The notes under the pieces were generated by a model. The model saw only the letters and a list, made by a program, of their open reading frames with translations, made no database searches and was not told where the DNA came from. A stretch of DNA of 63,800 nucleotides, filler included. It is 16 parts of 16 records of this genome, joined end to end, with 100 filler letters (N's around TTAATTAATTAA, not from the genome) between each part and the next. Parts side by side here need not be neighbours in the genome. Positions count along the whole stretch, not along the records: positions 28,104 to 31,600 come from SRR7504441_133024; positions 31,701 to 36,064 come from SRR7504441_133209; positions 36,165 to 39,452 come from SRR7504441_133248; 13 more parts are not named here. One strand, 5' to 3'. Positions 28,656-39,552 of the stretch are shown here, piece by piece (the first letter of the stretch is position 1; each line of letters starts with the position of its first letter). The position numbers and the translations under genes were made by a program.

Positions 28656-31470
28656 ATGCGTCCAAGCGCCCGCCCCAGCTCACATCATGCGGCGACAACC
28701 CAAAACTTGCGTGAGTACACAAGGTCAGATTGGAAGCTTTTGCGCGTTTTGCAGCATGTGTGCTGTTGCTCACCCGGAGGGGTGCTAACGCTGAACTGTC
28801 CACTGGCCACAGCCGTACATTGACTACATTCAGTACACCGGGAGTGGAAACGGCCCCGTGGTGGTTCGTGACCCAACCACCGGGACGCGGGAGGAAATGT
28901 GCTTCCAGTGCATCGCGCTGGGTCCGCTGATTACCAGCTACCCGGGCTTCGCCGGGGTGGGCAGCTGCATCGGTCAGTGCTTCGCCCACCTCCAGCAGGA
29001 GAAGATGTTCGTCGGCGGCCGGCCATTTCTGTCGGCCGCCCTCTGCCCTGAGGCCCACCGGTATCTGGAGCGCGAGCTTGCGGCCATGGGCCAGTTCTAC
29101 GCAATCAACGTGGACGGGGATGGCAATTGCCTGGCCCACGCCGTCTCTCGGTGCACCCACTCGTCGGAGGTCTTTTGGCACGCCATAAGGACCGAGCTGC
29201 ACCTAGAGCTCACCCAGCATCGCCAGTTCTACACGGACCGGCTGCGGGGGGTGTTTGGCGAGGCGATTGGGCCTGAGCTCGACGAAGCCATCCGCGGTAT
29301 CCCGCCCACCGGTGGGGTGTTGAGCCGTGCGGGGGCAGAGGCCGGGCCAGGGCGCGGGCCGGTGGGCGATCTGTCTGAAGGGCAGCACTCCATGGTGGAT
29401 GAGGCGGTGGAACTCGGGTTTGGCCGGGAGCAGGCGGAGCGGGCGGCGGGCCAGCTGGGCGAGTGTGCGGACCTCGAGGTGCTGGTGCTTGCCATCTTAG
29501 AGCTGGCTGATCAACACAACTGTCTGCCGACCGGGAGCTATATGAGCCCGCTCCACCTATTTGGGATCGCCAACCTGCTCCGGCGGCCTGTGGTGCTGCT
29601 CTCAGCCAAGGAGCACTGGTCCTCCTCTCAAGCCGGTGTGTACCTCCCGCTCAGGCACAGACCCGACCAATGCACCGAGACTGGGCCCGATCCGCTCCAG
29701 CGCTCTCCGGTGGCTCTCACCCAGGGGCTGCTGGGTGAGCGGGGGCAGATCTTCATCGGGTGGGCCTCGGCCGACCTGTCACACTACGTGGCGATCTGGC
29801 CGATGATGGCTGACGGCCAGGACGAGCTCGAGGTTCCGAGGCAAGCGCTCCCAAGGGACGAGCAGGGGACGCTGCTGGTTTACGGGGATGCCACCGAGGC
29901 TGACGCCCAGCCGTATCTGAACCAGGGCCGCTGGCTGATGCGCCGGAGTGCAGTGAATGGGAGTGCGATGGAGGCGCCCGACAGCCAAGCTCTGCTCGAT
30001 CGCTGGAAGGCTCTCCGAGGCGCTGATTGGGCTGTAGATTGGGAGGAGGGCCAGCTGGAGTACCAGTTGCAGCAGCAGCTGATCAACCGGCTGGGCCAGG
30101 TCGCTGGTGACAGCCATCCGCAGGCTGAGGTGAACAAGTTGATCTTTCGAGACCAATCATTTGTTTTTATCACCAGACATATGTACACTGCGATGGTCGG
30201 CTCTAGCCCGGCCACTCAACGGGCCATCATCAAGCGGCTGCACAAGTTCTCCAGATTCGCCGGCACCGCTAGTGGCTGCCCCGGGCTGGCGAGCGTTGCG
30301 GCTGGAGAGTTTGAGTCCTTGACCGAGCTAGACGCTGGCGACTGCTCAGCCGACGGTGGCTGCTGCCTCAAGTGGGAGATGCAGCAGCAGGGCATCTGGG
30401 TCCCAATGATAGATCAGGTGCAGCGTCGGTTAAATCAGAGCATTGCCCAGGGCGAGCCGCACCCAATTGTACTCCAGGTGGCCGGGGAGCCTTTCGAGGT
30501 GAGGGCCTTGCCCTTGGGGAACTGTGCTGACTGGTGGCAGTTTGATGCCTATGCCGGAACCATGCGTGAGCTAAACCCAACGCCCGACCTGATGGCTGGC
30601 TTGATGGGCTTCGTGTCGCCTGTCGGGGAGCCAGTCCGGCACGCAATTAGGCTGGTGGCTGATCCGGCCGAGCCTGCACCGGCAACAAGTGGGTTAGCTG
30701 GGCTGCTGGAGCAGTTGGGTTTTGGCGGGGACATGATTGGCTCTCTAGACCGGCATGTGCAGTCCGCCCAGCCGGCCGCGGCCGATCTGGAGGAGCTGAT
30801 GGAAGTGGCTGGCCCGATGGGGTTCACTTCGCGCCAGTGCGAGCGGGCGCTTGAGGCCACCGCTGGTGCTGGATTGCTGCTCACCGACACGGAGGCGGCG
30901 CTGGAGTGGCTATTCGACGGCGGAGGTGGCGAACCGAGTGACGCTGGGAGCGAGCCAGAGCAGGCTGGGCTGGCGCAGGTCGTCGGGTTGTCTGTCGAGG
31001 TGCGCGCTGGGTGTGTCGCGGGCTGACCGGCTGGGCAGAGCAATCTGCATGATCTCGCCCCGTCGGAAGTTGCGCGTACACTGTCGGATCGGAGCAAGGA
31101 GAGTGTGGTGGTGGGCGAGCCTGTGGTGGCTGAGCTTTACGAGGGACCGGACGGACTGGTGAACCCGCTGCCGGAGACAACGCTGGACCAGATCATGCAA
31201 GATGGGCCGCTGTGGGTGCGGCAGCTGGCTCTGCACGCATCGTGGTCACGTAGGTTTGCCGAGAGCGCCAAGCCAGTGAAACTGGAGAGAGCGAACTCAT
31301 TGGACGCGCCAGTGCCAACAGCCACGGTGCCTTCTCTCAAGCGCGTGCAATCGGCACCGCCACAATCAAACGTGGCCAAGATGCAGGCGCTGCGCAACAT
31401 CTTTACGGAAGAGCGGAACACGGGCAGATGGTGCCCATTCAGGAATACCGAACAGCACGCCAGCGCCTAG
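28656..31470 (+). CDS. VCPIP1/A20-like OTU deubiquitinase with UBA-like and WWE-like domains (start uncertain)
   Basis: NVDGDGNCLAHAVSR, FWHAIR, LHLFGIANLLRRPVVLL, GVYLP, WASADLSHYVAI. An intron at 31000-31038 joins ORF 31105..31470. Confidence 0.85.
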
Positions 31471-31705
31471 CTGTGCCACCCTCGGAAACTTGTGTGTGGC
31501 TACATGTAGTGTAGGCCGGACATCCCATAGATGTCGCACATAACTAGTACGAGTATACACGTACATCATTATAGGGCGATAATTGCGCGCGAGGCCGAGA
31601 NNNNNNNNNNNNNNNNNNNNNNNNNNNNNNNNNNNNNNNNNNNNTTAATTAATTAANNNNNNNNNNNNNNNNNNNNNNNNNNNNNNNNNNNNNNNNNNNN
31701 CGGGC

Positions 31706-31745
31706 AGGACGAGGAGGGCGAGGGCGAGGAGGGCGAGGGCGAGGA
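31706..31745 (+). repeat. Purine-rich GAGGGC/GAGGAG coding repeat (EEGEGE)
   Basis: gacgaggagggcgagggcgaggagggcgagggcgaggac at the contig start, probably within the 3' part of an unknown gene. Confidence 0.6.
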
Positions 31746-32218
31746 CCGTGAACCGGGCCTGCCGGTGGATCAGAATCGGACAGCACAAGAGGCCAGGGCA
31801 AGCCGACAGGGGCGGCCTAGTCTCCACGAAACACCCCGGATACCACAAGGCCCGGCGTGGTGGCCAGAGCCGGGAGAGACACCATCTCTTCACGTGCGTG
31901 TGTGTTCGGCTGTGATCGTGACGGGCCAACCTGTCAGCATGAGTCAACGAGGAAGAAGCCACAATGGCGCGCAATGGCGAGGGCGGCAATCACTTCAGTC
32001 TACAGGTTCTAGCATATCGATGCTTGGTTATGTGTGCCACACATCTATCTTTAATTTATATTGCATATCATGGCGTGTGTCGCTCATGATCATTGTAGCT
32101 ATTAATAGTACTAAGTAGTACTCGTTCTCAAGTGTTGTACTTTCATGCGTACGAGTACGAGTACACGTAAATCCGTAAATCGTGTTGCAATCCCCCGGGC
32201 ACCACGGCCGGCAGCAGC

Positions 32219-33416
32219 TCAGTTCACTTTGGCCCTCTCGCTCTCACGGAGCTCCGTCGGGTCAAGCTTGTCGATTGAGCGCGTGAAGTTGCCCAGGCAA
32301 CGATCGTACCAGTTGGCCCCGTTCCAAGCCGAGACCATCCCAGTCCCGGCCGCGATCGCGAAGTGGATCCAGACGTTGCTGTTGTAGATCAGGTAGCTCA
32401 GCATCAGCGAGAGCGCCGACAGGCCTACTGAGATCACCTGGTACTTCATAAACCGTAAAGTTTCATTCCGGCCGTCGCCCAGCTGGCCGAGCACAGCTGC
32501 GAACGAGTTCTTGCCCCCACGCGCCAGCAGGCTGTACGAGTAGGTGGTCTTGTACTTGGCAGGTAGCCGAAGCCCGATAGCCAGCATAAACACGGTGTGC
32601 AGGCAAGCCCAGCAAGAGAGCAGCAGCAGGTTTGGAAGGTAGTACTCCCAGAACCCAACCATCTCTATTGGGAACAGCTCAGGGTTGGGGCTGTGCCACC
32701 GGAGCGCGAAGCTGGTGAAGAGCGGCACCAAATGGATCATCAGAGAGCACATGTAGTCAATCGAGTGAGGCACGAGCGCGTTGCCCAAGAACGTCACCGC
32801 AGTGCCAAGCGGACCGCTCCCGAATGCAAACAGAGCCCGGAAGCCGATCGCACGCCAGGCGTGCGGCACCAGCTCCGGGGCCACCGCGAGCACCGAGAGG
32901 TAGCCGCCGATGGTGAATGCGGACACCCAGCAGAGTTCAACAAAGTACGCCAGCCCGCGCATGTGGTGCCACCGGTAGGCTTGGATCGGGGTCAGAATCA
33001 GCACATTCACGGCGTGCCACCGCCAAAAGTGTTCGGGCCAGCGGCCGAGAACTGCCCACGCCGGTGAGCCGCAAGCCGGGCCGGCGGGACTCACTGTAGA
33101 TTGTCAGATAGGTCTTGACTACGCCGGCCAAGTAAAGCCGCCGATCGAACCCAAAGACCGGGGCGGCCGCCATCCGGTCGACAGAGCCTTGGACGGCCGC
33201 CCGGGCCTCTCCCAGCGCCCGCGCACGGACTTTCTCGCCCACATCTGGCCTGGGCGGGCGGCCGTCGACATTGTTGTCAGGCGACCGCTTCAGAGCTTCC
33301 AATGCCTTGGGGCTGGGCGGCTCGGCTGACGCGTAGGCGTCGATTCCACGCTTGCCCCGCTTGGGGCTGGGGATCGATAACCCCCGGGGCGATCCGGGGC
33401 CTGGCTCTCGGGGCAT
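32219..33416 (-). CDS. Glycerophosphocholine acyltransferase GPC1/DUF2838-like membrane protein, 1 intron
   Basis: ILGRWPEHF, YFVELCW, GPLGTAV, NALVPHSIDYMCSLMIHLVP, SAWNGANWY; intron about 33052-33094. Confidence 0.8.
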
Positions 33417-33478
33417 TTCCGCGGGAGATAACGGTCACACGCCGCGAACGGAGGTGGGCAGTGTGGAGTGTTCATCCG

Positions 33479-35704
33479 ATGCCGGTGACGTGCCCGGGGT
33501 GTGGGGCCGGGTTCCCGACCCCGATCAAGCTGCGCCAGCACCAGGCCGAGGCGTGCGGCCCGGTGGCCCGCACGCTCGCCCACTTTGACCGGCGGGCCGC
33601 GCCGTACAGCGAGGCGCGCGACCAGATGCTAGCCCTGGCCGCGGCGGGCGTGCCCCAGGCGCTCAGGACCCGTGCGCTGCTGGCCCGACCGAGCCAGACC
33701 CTCGTGGACAGGCTTGCAGACGGCCCGCCCGGCCGCGAGGTGATCGAGCTGGGCTGCGGCCCCGGGCACGATGCGGCGGCCCTGGCGGCGGCGGGACTCA
33801 AAGTGCTCGCAGTCGATGGGTCCGCGGAGATGTGCCGGAGGGCCCGGCAGCGGACGGCGAGGGCGGCGGTAGAAGTGCGGCAGGCTGATCTGACCGCTCC
33901 GATGGAGCCAGAGCTGCGGGCGGGGCAGTTCGAGGCGGCGCTGGCGAACACTACGCTCTGCCACATCCCGTGGGACTGCCATCCCGGGCTGTTCGGCCGG
34001 GTACGGGCGGCGCTCCGACCGGGCGGGCTTTGGGTGGTGGCCGAGCCTCTATACACCGAGCGGGAGTGCGCGGCTGCGGGGGAGGGCGGCAGTCGGAAGC
34101 ATCGGGAGCATCAGGAGTACCGCAGCTGGCCTGAGTGGCGTGCGGCACTGGCCGATTGGTTCGAGTTGGACGGGCCGATGGAGCAGTTTGACATGAATGG
34201 CGTCCAGTTCTGGCTCAGCTGCTGGCGGAGTCCCGAGCCCACGCAGCAGCCTGAGTTGAGATACCCGGGAGCGACAGAACCCAAGCCGATCACTTGTCCG
34301 TCACCTGCAGAGATGGCTGAGCTGCTCAGTCGTGACAATGGCCGGCCGTGCGTTCTGTCAGACGCCCAGCGGTACGCGGACGGGACCGGCTGGCGGGCGA
34401 GCGGGCTGTGGAGTTGGGAATGGCTCGCTGAGCAGTGTGGCTCAGATGTAATCAGCGTAGTAAACCGGGAGGGCAGGCCAACCGAGCCTCCAGTGGATCA
34501 GCATTCGCTCTCACTGCGAGCGTTTATCGAGTATGTGCGGCGGTCGAGCGACGGTCGCACCGATATCGAGCGGATATCGGTCTCTTCAGAGGAGGAGGGA
34601 CACGTAGAGGCCCTGGAGCGGATGCACGGCGCTGCCCCATTCTACTGCCGTATGTGGGTGCCCTGGCACTCGCACCCGGAGATGCTTGAGCACTTTAGCA
34701 GCGATGGGCTGCCCTGCATCCGGGAGACCCGGGTGGATGGCGCCACCGAGAGAGTGGCTGAGATGTCGGGCAGTGCTTCCGCGATCAGGAACAAGCTGTT
34801 CATCGGACCGGCCGGCACCGTGACTAGACCGCATCGGGATACATTCCACATGCACGCTTGGCTGACGCAGCTGCGCGGGGATAAGCACTTTCTGGCCTGG
34901 CCGCCCGAGGTGGGCGCTGAAGAGATCGGCGAGATGACCTGGGACAACGAGACAGGATTCGCTTGGGCCAACGAGTTTGATCCTGAGGATCCGGAGCATC
35001 GCGCGGCGGCCATCAAGCGGGCAGGCGGGGCCACCAGCTGCGTCTCCGTACTCCTGCGGCAAGGCGAGACACTGGTGCTGCCGGCTGGATGGTGGCACTG
35101 GGCCAAGGCGGCCACGCCATCGATCACGCTGATGAGAAACTTCTGTGACGGCTCGAATTGCCAGACCACCGCCCGCCTAGTCGACCGGTTCGAACACTTT
35201 CGTGTCGGTCAGGCCTGGAGAGCTAATGTGAAGGACGCTGTTGACGCTGCGACGGCCTCGGCACAGGGCAACCCGCAGTATTTCAGTACGGAGGAAGCGT
35301 TCAGCGCTGCCAGCCCAGGGGAGGTGGAGCCGCAGCTGGCTCTGAAGCAAGTGAGAACGCTGGTCCGGGCGTGCGGAGCAATATCGGACCGGATGCGCCA
35401 GGGGCTAACGGAAGAGCAGCTTGGGGTGCAAGCAGGCCAAGTGCTCACCTGGCAGTTTGTGGGGTGCTATCTTCTGTTGTGCCACCTGCTGTGGGCGCGG
35501 AAGACGCAACCCGACAATGCCCCAGCTGGCTCATCTGTCTCGGAGGACGAGGCGTCAGACTTTAGAATGTTCACACATGCGGTGAAGGAGAATATGATGA
35601 TTGATCGGTTTGCGTCTGAAGCACTCCTTGCTCGCCTTCGGCCGGACGCCGTGCCAAAAATGATGAGTAGGTTTATGCATGCTGTATCCTTGTTCAAACA
35701 CTAG
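33479..35704 (+). CDS. C2H2-like zinc finger + class I SAM methyltransferase + JmjC (cupin-8) fusion
   Basis: CPGC-x12-H; VIELGCGPG, AVDGS, LRPGG; JmjC LFIGPAGTVTRPHRD, LRGDKHF, GETLVLPAGWWH; one uninterrupted ORF. Confidence 0.88.
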   Translation: MPVTCPGCGAGFPTPIKLRQHQAEACGPVARTLAHFDRRAAPYSEARDQMLALAAAGVPQALRTRALLARPSQTLVDRLADGPPGREVIELGCGPGHDAAALAAAGLKVLAVDGSAEMCRRARQRTARAAVEVRQADLTAPMEPELRAGQFEAALANTTLCHIPWDCHPGLFGRVRAALRPGGLWVVAEPLYTERECAAAGEGGSRKHREHQEYRSWPEWRAALADWFELDGPMEQFDMNGVQFWLSCWRSPEPTQQPELRYPGATEPKPITCPSPAEMAELLSRDNGRPCVLSDAQRYADGTGWRASGLWSWEWLAEQCGSDVISVVNREGRPTEPPVDQHSLSLRAFIEYVRRSSDGRTDIERISVSSEEEGHVEALERMHGAAPFYCRMWVPWHSHPEMLEHFSSDGLPCIRETRVDGATERVAEMSGSASAIRNKLFIGPAGTVTRPHRDTFHMHAWLTQLRGDKHFLAWPPEVGAEEIGEMTWDNETGFAWANEFDPEDPEHRAAAIKRAGGATSCVSVLLRQGETLVLPAGWWHWAKAATPSITLMRNFCDGSNCQTTARLVDRFEHFRVGQAWRANVKDAVDAATASAQGNPQYFSTEEAFSAASPGEVEPQLALKQVRTLVRACGAISDRMRQGLTEEQLGVQAGQVLTWQFVGCYLLLCHLLWARKTQPDNAPAGSSVSEDEASDFRMFTHAVKENMMIDRFASEALLARLRPDAVPKMMSRFMHAVSLFKH

Positions 35705-35952
35705 GTAGCTACATGGTCAAAATGTCAATACATAGTCAATACATGTAAACAGTTTGAGAATATCAAACAACAGTTTTACAACAGTTACGGTACAACACTT
35801 TAGATTCGGGCTACCCTCTAGGTTCTGCTGTGTCGAGGCTTACGTGTATGGCAGTGGTAGGTTTAAATAATTACATATGGTCCTCGCCATTGCAGCGCCA
35901 TTGCGGGCCGTTCAATTCTGGTAATTAACGATAACTGAAATCTATTGGGGCA

Positions 35953-36064
35953 ATGTCTGTGCAGGCGGAGCTAGATGGGCCAGTCCACTGCGCCTGCTGG
36001 TCGCCCGACGGCTCCCTCCGGCTCTGGGACGCGCGCACCAACCGGCCGCTCCTCCTGCCGATGG
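35953..36064 (+). CDS. Possible start of a WD40-repeat protein (truncated)
   Basis: MSVQAELDGPVHCACWSPDGSLRLWDART. Confidence 0.4.
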
Positions 36065-36572
36065 NNNNNNNNNNNNNNNNNNNNNNNNNNNNNNNNNNNN
36101 NNNNNNNNTTAATTAATTAANNNNNNNNNNNNNNNNNNNNNNNNNNNNNNNNNNNNNNNNNNNNGGGCTCGTGGTCCAGATTTTCACAGAAAGAGACAGA
36201 CTTAATGCGAAAAATCTGCAACAATCACAACTCTAGAACGCAACAAGTCATGAAAAGAAATGCTCCGCCCAAGAAGCAAACGAAGCAAGCAAAATGAGTT
36301 CACACTCAGCAATTCAAGCTGAATTGCGTTGTTTGAGTTTAGCATGCCCATTAAACAGACTAGATATTTACTTAAAACTGGTACGGAACTGATGCACATC
36401 AATCAATCATTGACGAAAACCCGTCTCGATGTTGGACAATCAGCCTGCTAGTGTCCACTAGCATGCAGGATTGTCAAACCCATCATAGCTATATAATCCA
36501 GGCAAGACGCTTGATTGATTGAATCCAAGCAGAATTGATCGGCAGGTTGAATCCAAGCCGATCAACACCGAC

Positions 36573-38200
36573 TCAATCATCGCTTGAAGCGTCGGACGCC
36601 AGCCCGACTGTCCTTCCGCTCCACCAACGGTTTTGGCTCTGCAGGCCCTGGCTCCCTTGCTCAGCTCGCCGCCTCAGCCGGGCCACCTGTGTGATCGAGA
36701 TGTCCACCAGCGCAGTAAGCAGCAGGTCGAATATGGCTGCACGCCCCGCTTAAGTCTGAGTGGGCGCAGGGGGCTCACGCTCATCGTGGTACGCGGCCCG
36801 CAGGCTCGAGCTGTCAAAGCTCGCACAAAGCACCGCGGCGGTGGCCCGGCTGCGAGCAGCTCAGTGGCGGGTGTGCAAGCCGGGGGCACCGGCGGAGCTC
36901 GTAAGGGAAGACATGGTGCAGCGCGACCGACCAGCGTGGGAGCGAGGAAAGCTGCTGGAGGGCATGCTCCACCTGAGGGTTGTGGCAGGGCCGCGACGGG
37001 AGCATCTGGGCCACCACCGACGGCAGGCTGCACTCCGAGTGAGTCGCCTGGCAGTGGTGCGGGCGCCTGGGCTCACTGGGGGCACTCCGCGGAGCCCTCC
37101 ACCAGGCGGCAACCTGCTCAGGCCGGTCAGCGGCCCAGCTGGGCGGCCCGCACCACTATCTTCTGGACCAGCCACAGGCAGCTCGCCTCGCAAGCCAGCT
37201 GCAGCGCCGAAAGGCCTGCACCCGAGCCTCAGCCGGCGGAGCGGGCTGTGCACCAGCTAGGTCTGTGGGCCCGAGCGGGCAGCCCGCGTCCACAAGATGA
37301 TCGGCCAGCCCGAAGAAGCCGTTCTTGATCGCCTCGTGCAGCACCAGCTCGTCCGGGCCCTTGAGCGCGTCCAGCTGGTCCTGGAGCTCATGATGCGTCA
37401 CCTGCTTGAACCGCCAGGCAGGTCCGAGCTCCTCATCGCGAGCCTCCTCGACCGCCGGCGGCAGCATCGCGGTTCTGACCTCCTGACTGTCTTGCATCAG
37501 CGCCAGCTCCGCCGAGCTTTCCATTGTCACCTCCTGCCCCGGCCATCGCCCCAGCCCAGCGGCCAGTCCACCATCCCCGCCTCCTGCAGCTCGGGGCAGC
37601 TCGGCTCGCAGCTCTGCCGCTCGCCACAGTTCTCCGAGGTGGAATCATCCAGCCAGGCCGGGGCCGCCTGCCCAAGCTCCGCCCCTCCCTCCCGAGACCG
37701 CGCCTGGGTGCTCACTGCGCTGGAGAGGGCCGAGGAGGAGCCCGACGGGGACGGCGATCGGAGCAGGCTGCACCGGGGCTCAGACGGCCCCGGGCCGAGG
37801 CACCCAGGGGGGCGGAGTCTGGGAATGTCCATCCTGGCGCAGCTGCCCGGGCGGTGAGCCGCAGACCGGGGGGGGAGGCGTACAGCTTGAGCTCGGTGGT
37901 GGCCGCACAGTGACGCTTCTCGTGGTGCCGCGTGACCGGATCTTGCTCCTCGCGCACCCGCCGGGCCCTGACCCGGGCTCAGCCGGAGGGGGGGGGGGGT
38001 GGACCGTTTGTGCAGGTGGTGCGGGCCGGTGGATTGGGCCCGGGCGCTGCCGAGCTGAGGGTCCGAGATGTTGAGCTCTGGTGGATAGCTCAGCCAGCCC
38101 CGGGGGGGGGGGCACCGGGCAAGGTGAGCTGGACGTTGTTGAAATCCACGTCCTCCTCCTCGCCCGCCGGCTCTGGCCCGGAGCACGATGACCGCTCCAT
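36573..38200 (-). CDS. Ankyrin-repeat-containing protein, multiple introns (boundaries approximate)
   Basis: Spliced segments LVLHEAIKNGFFGLADHLVDAG, GLSALQLACE and WSVALHHVFP; likely ATG at 38200. Confidence 0.55.
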
Positions 38201-38356
38201 CCCACACACGACGAGCCCGTGTTGGGCAGCGCTCTCACTTGGCAGTCCGTCTGCGCCAACGGAAGACCCAGCCAGCTGCCAGCGTCCACGGCGACCCAGG
38301 AGCAGTGACGCGTACCCAGAGGCCGGCCGGGGGAGAGCCGGGGGAGCGGGGCCGCG

Positions 38357-39168
38357 ATGGGGATGCTTTGGTGCCGGCCGGGCCTCGCCCCCGGGTTAGC
38401 GGGGCGGACAGGTCTTCGCTGTCGGGCCTGTTCAAAGCCAAGGAAACCCGGTTGCTGATCCTGGGACTGGACAACGCCGGGAAGACCACCATCCTCTGTG
38501 CGACCCGGCCGGGAGCACAGAGGTGAGCCCGGGCTGCAGATAAGTTCCAAGGCGACGAGTCCACGGTGCAGACGGTTCCGAGTGCGCCGGCGGGTGGGCC
38601 GGGCCGAGGCGGGGCAGCTGTGGGGTTTAATATGGAAACCATCAAGCACAAGAACGTGGAGCTGCAAGTGTGGGACCTGGGCGGCCAGACCTCGATCCGG
38701 CCGTACTGGCGCTGCTACTATATCAACACAAGGCGGGCTGGCTGCCGGCGCGAGCTGAGCCGAACGCAGTGGGATCATCTACGTGGTGGACTCAACTGAC
38801 AAAGAGCGGATCGCCACCTCCAAGGCCTCGTTCGATCTGATGGCCGGGGTGCCCGGCCGCCGGGCCCTGGCCGACCGTCCCTGCAGGAGGCCGACCTAGT
38901 AGGTATCCCGATTGCGGTGCTCGCAAACAAGCAGGACATGCCCGGTGCTGCGGCCGGCAGGGCCTGCGCGAGCGCACCGGGCAGGCGCGATGACCCCGGA
39001 TGAGGTGGCGATGCAGCTGGGGCTGCCTGATATCATGGACCGGTGGGCTGGAGCCTTGTGGCCGGCTTAGTGAGGGCCAGGCCGTGGGCGATCTTCAAGA
39101 CCTCAGCGATCAAGAACGAAGGAGTGATGGAGGCGCTCGAGTGGATTGCCGGCGCCATCAACAACTAG
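38357..39168 (+). CDS. ARL1: ARF-like GTPase ARL1, 7 introns of 36-42 nt (one GC-AG)
   Basis: Full spliced protein: MG myristoylation start, [41 protein letters not shown]. Confidence 0.92.
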
Positions 39169-39552
39169 CACCGTCGTGCCAGAGGCGCGGGTCGAGTGCC
39201 GGCGAGGGTTTATTACTTAATACCGGCCGAACGCAACCGCCGGAGAGACGATTTAATAATTATGCTTGATCATATCGCATCTGTGATCAATACAATTGGA
39301 TGGCAGATTGATCTAGTTGACGCACGGCCATAGCGTCGTCGGCCTGACTCGCGACCGTCGAATCGTTGATTCGACAAGTGGCTGAGTCATTACTCTGTGC
39401 GTTATCTTGGTTATTTGCACGTAATTGATGAGAAGTCATGTGAGAAATCACCNNNNNNNNNNNNNNNNNNNNNNNNNNNNNNNNNNNNNNNNNNNNTTAA
39501 TTAATTAANNNNNNNNNNNNNNNNNNNNNNNNNNNNNNNNNNNNNNNNNNNN

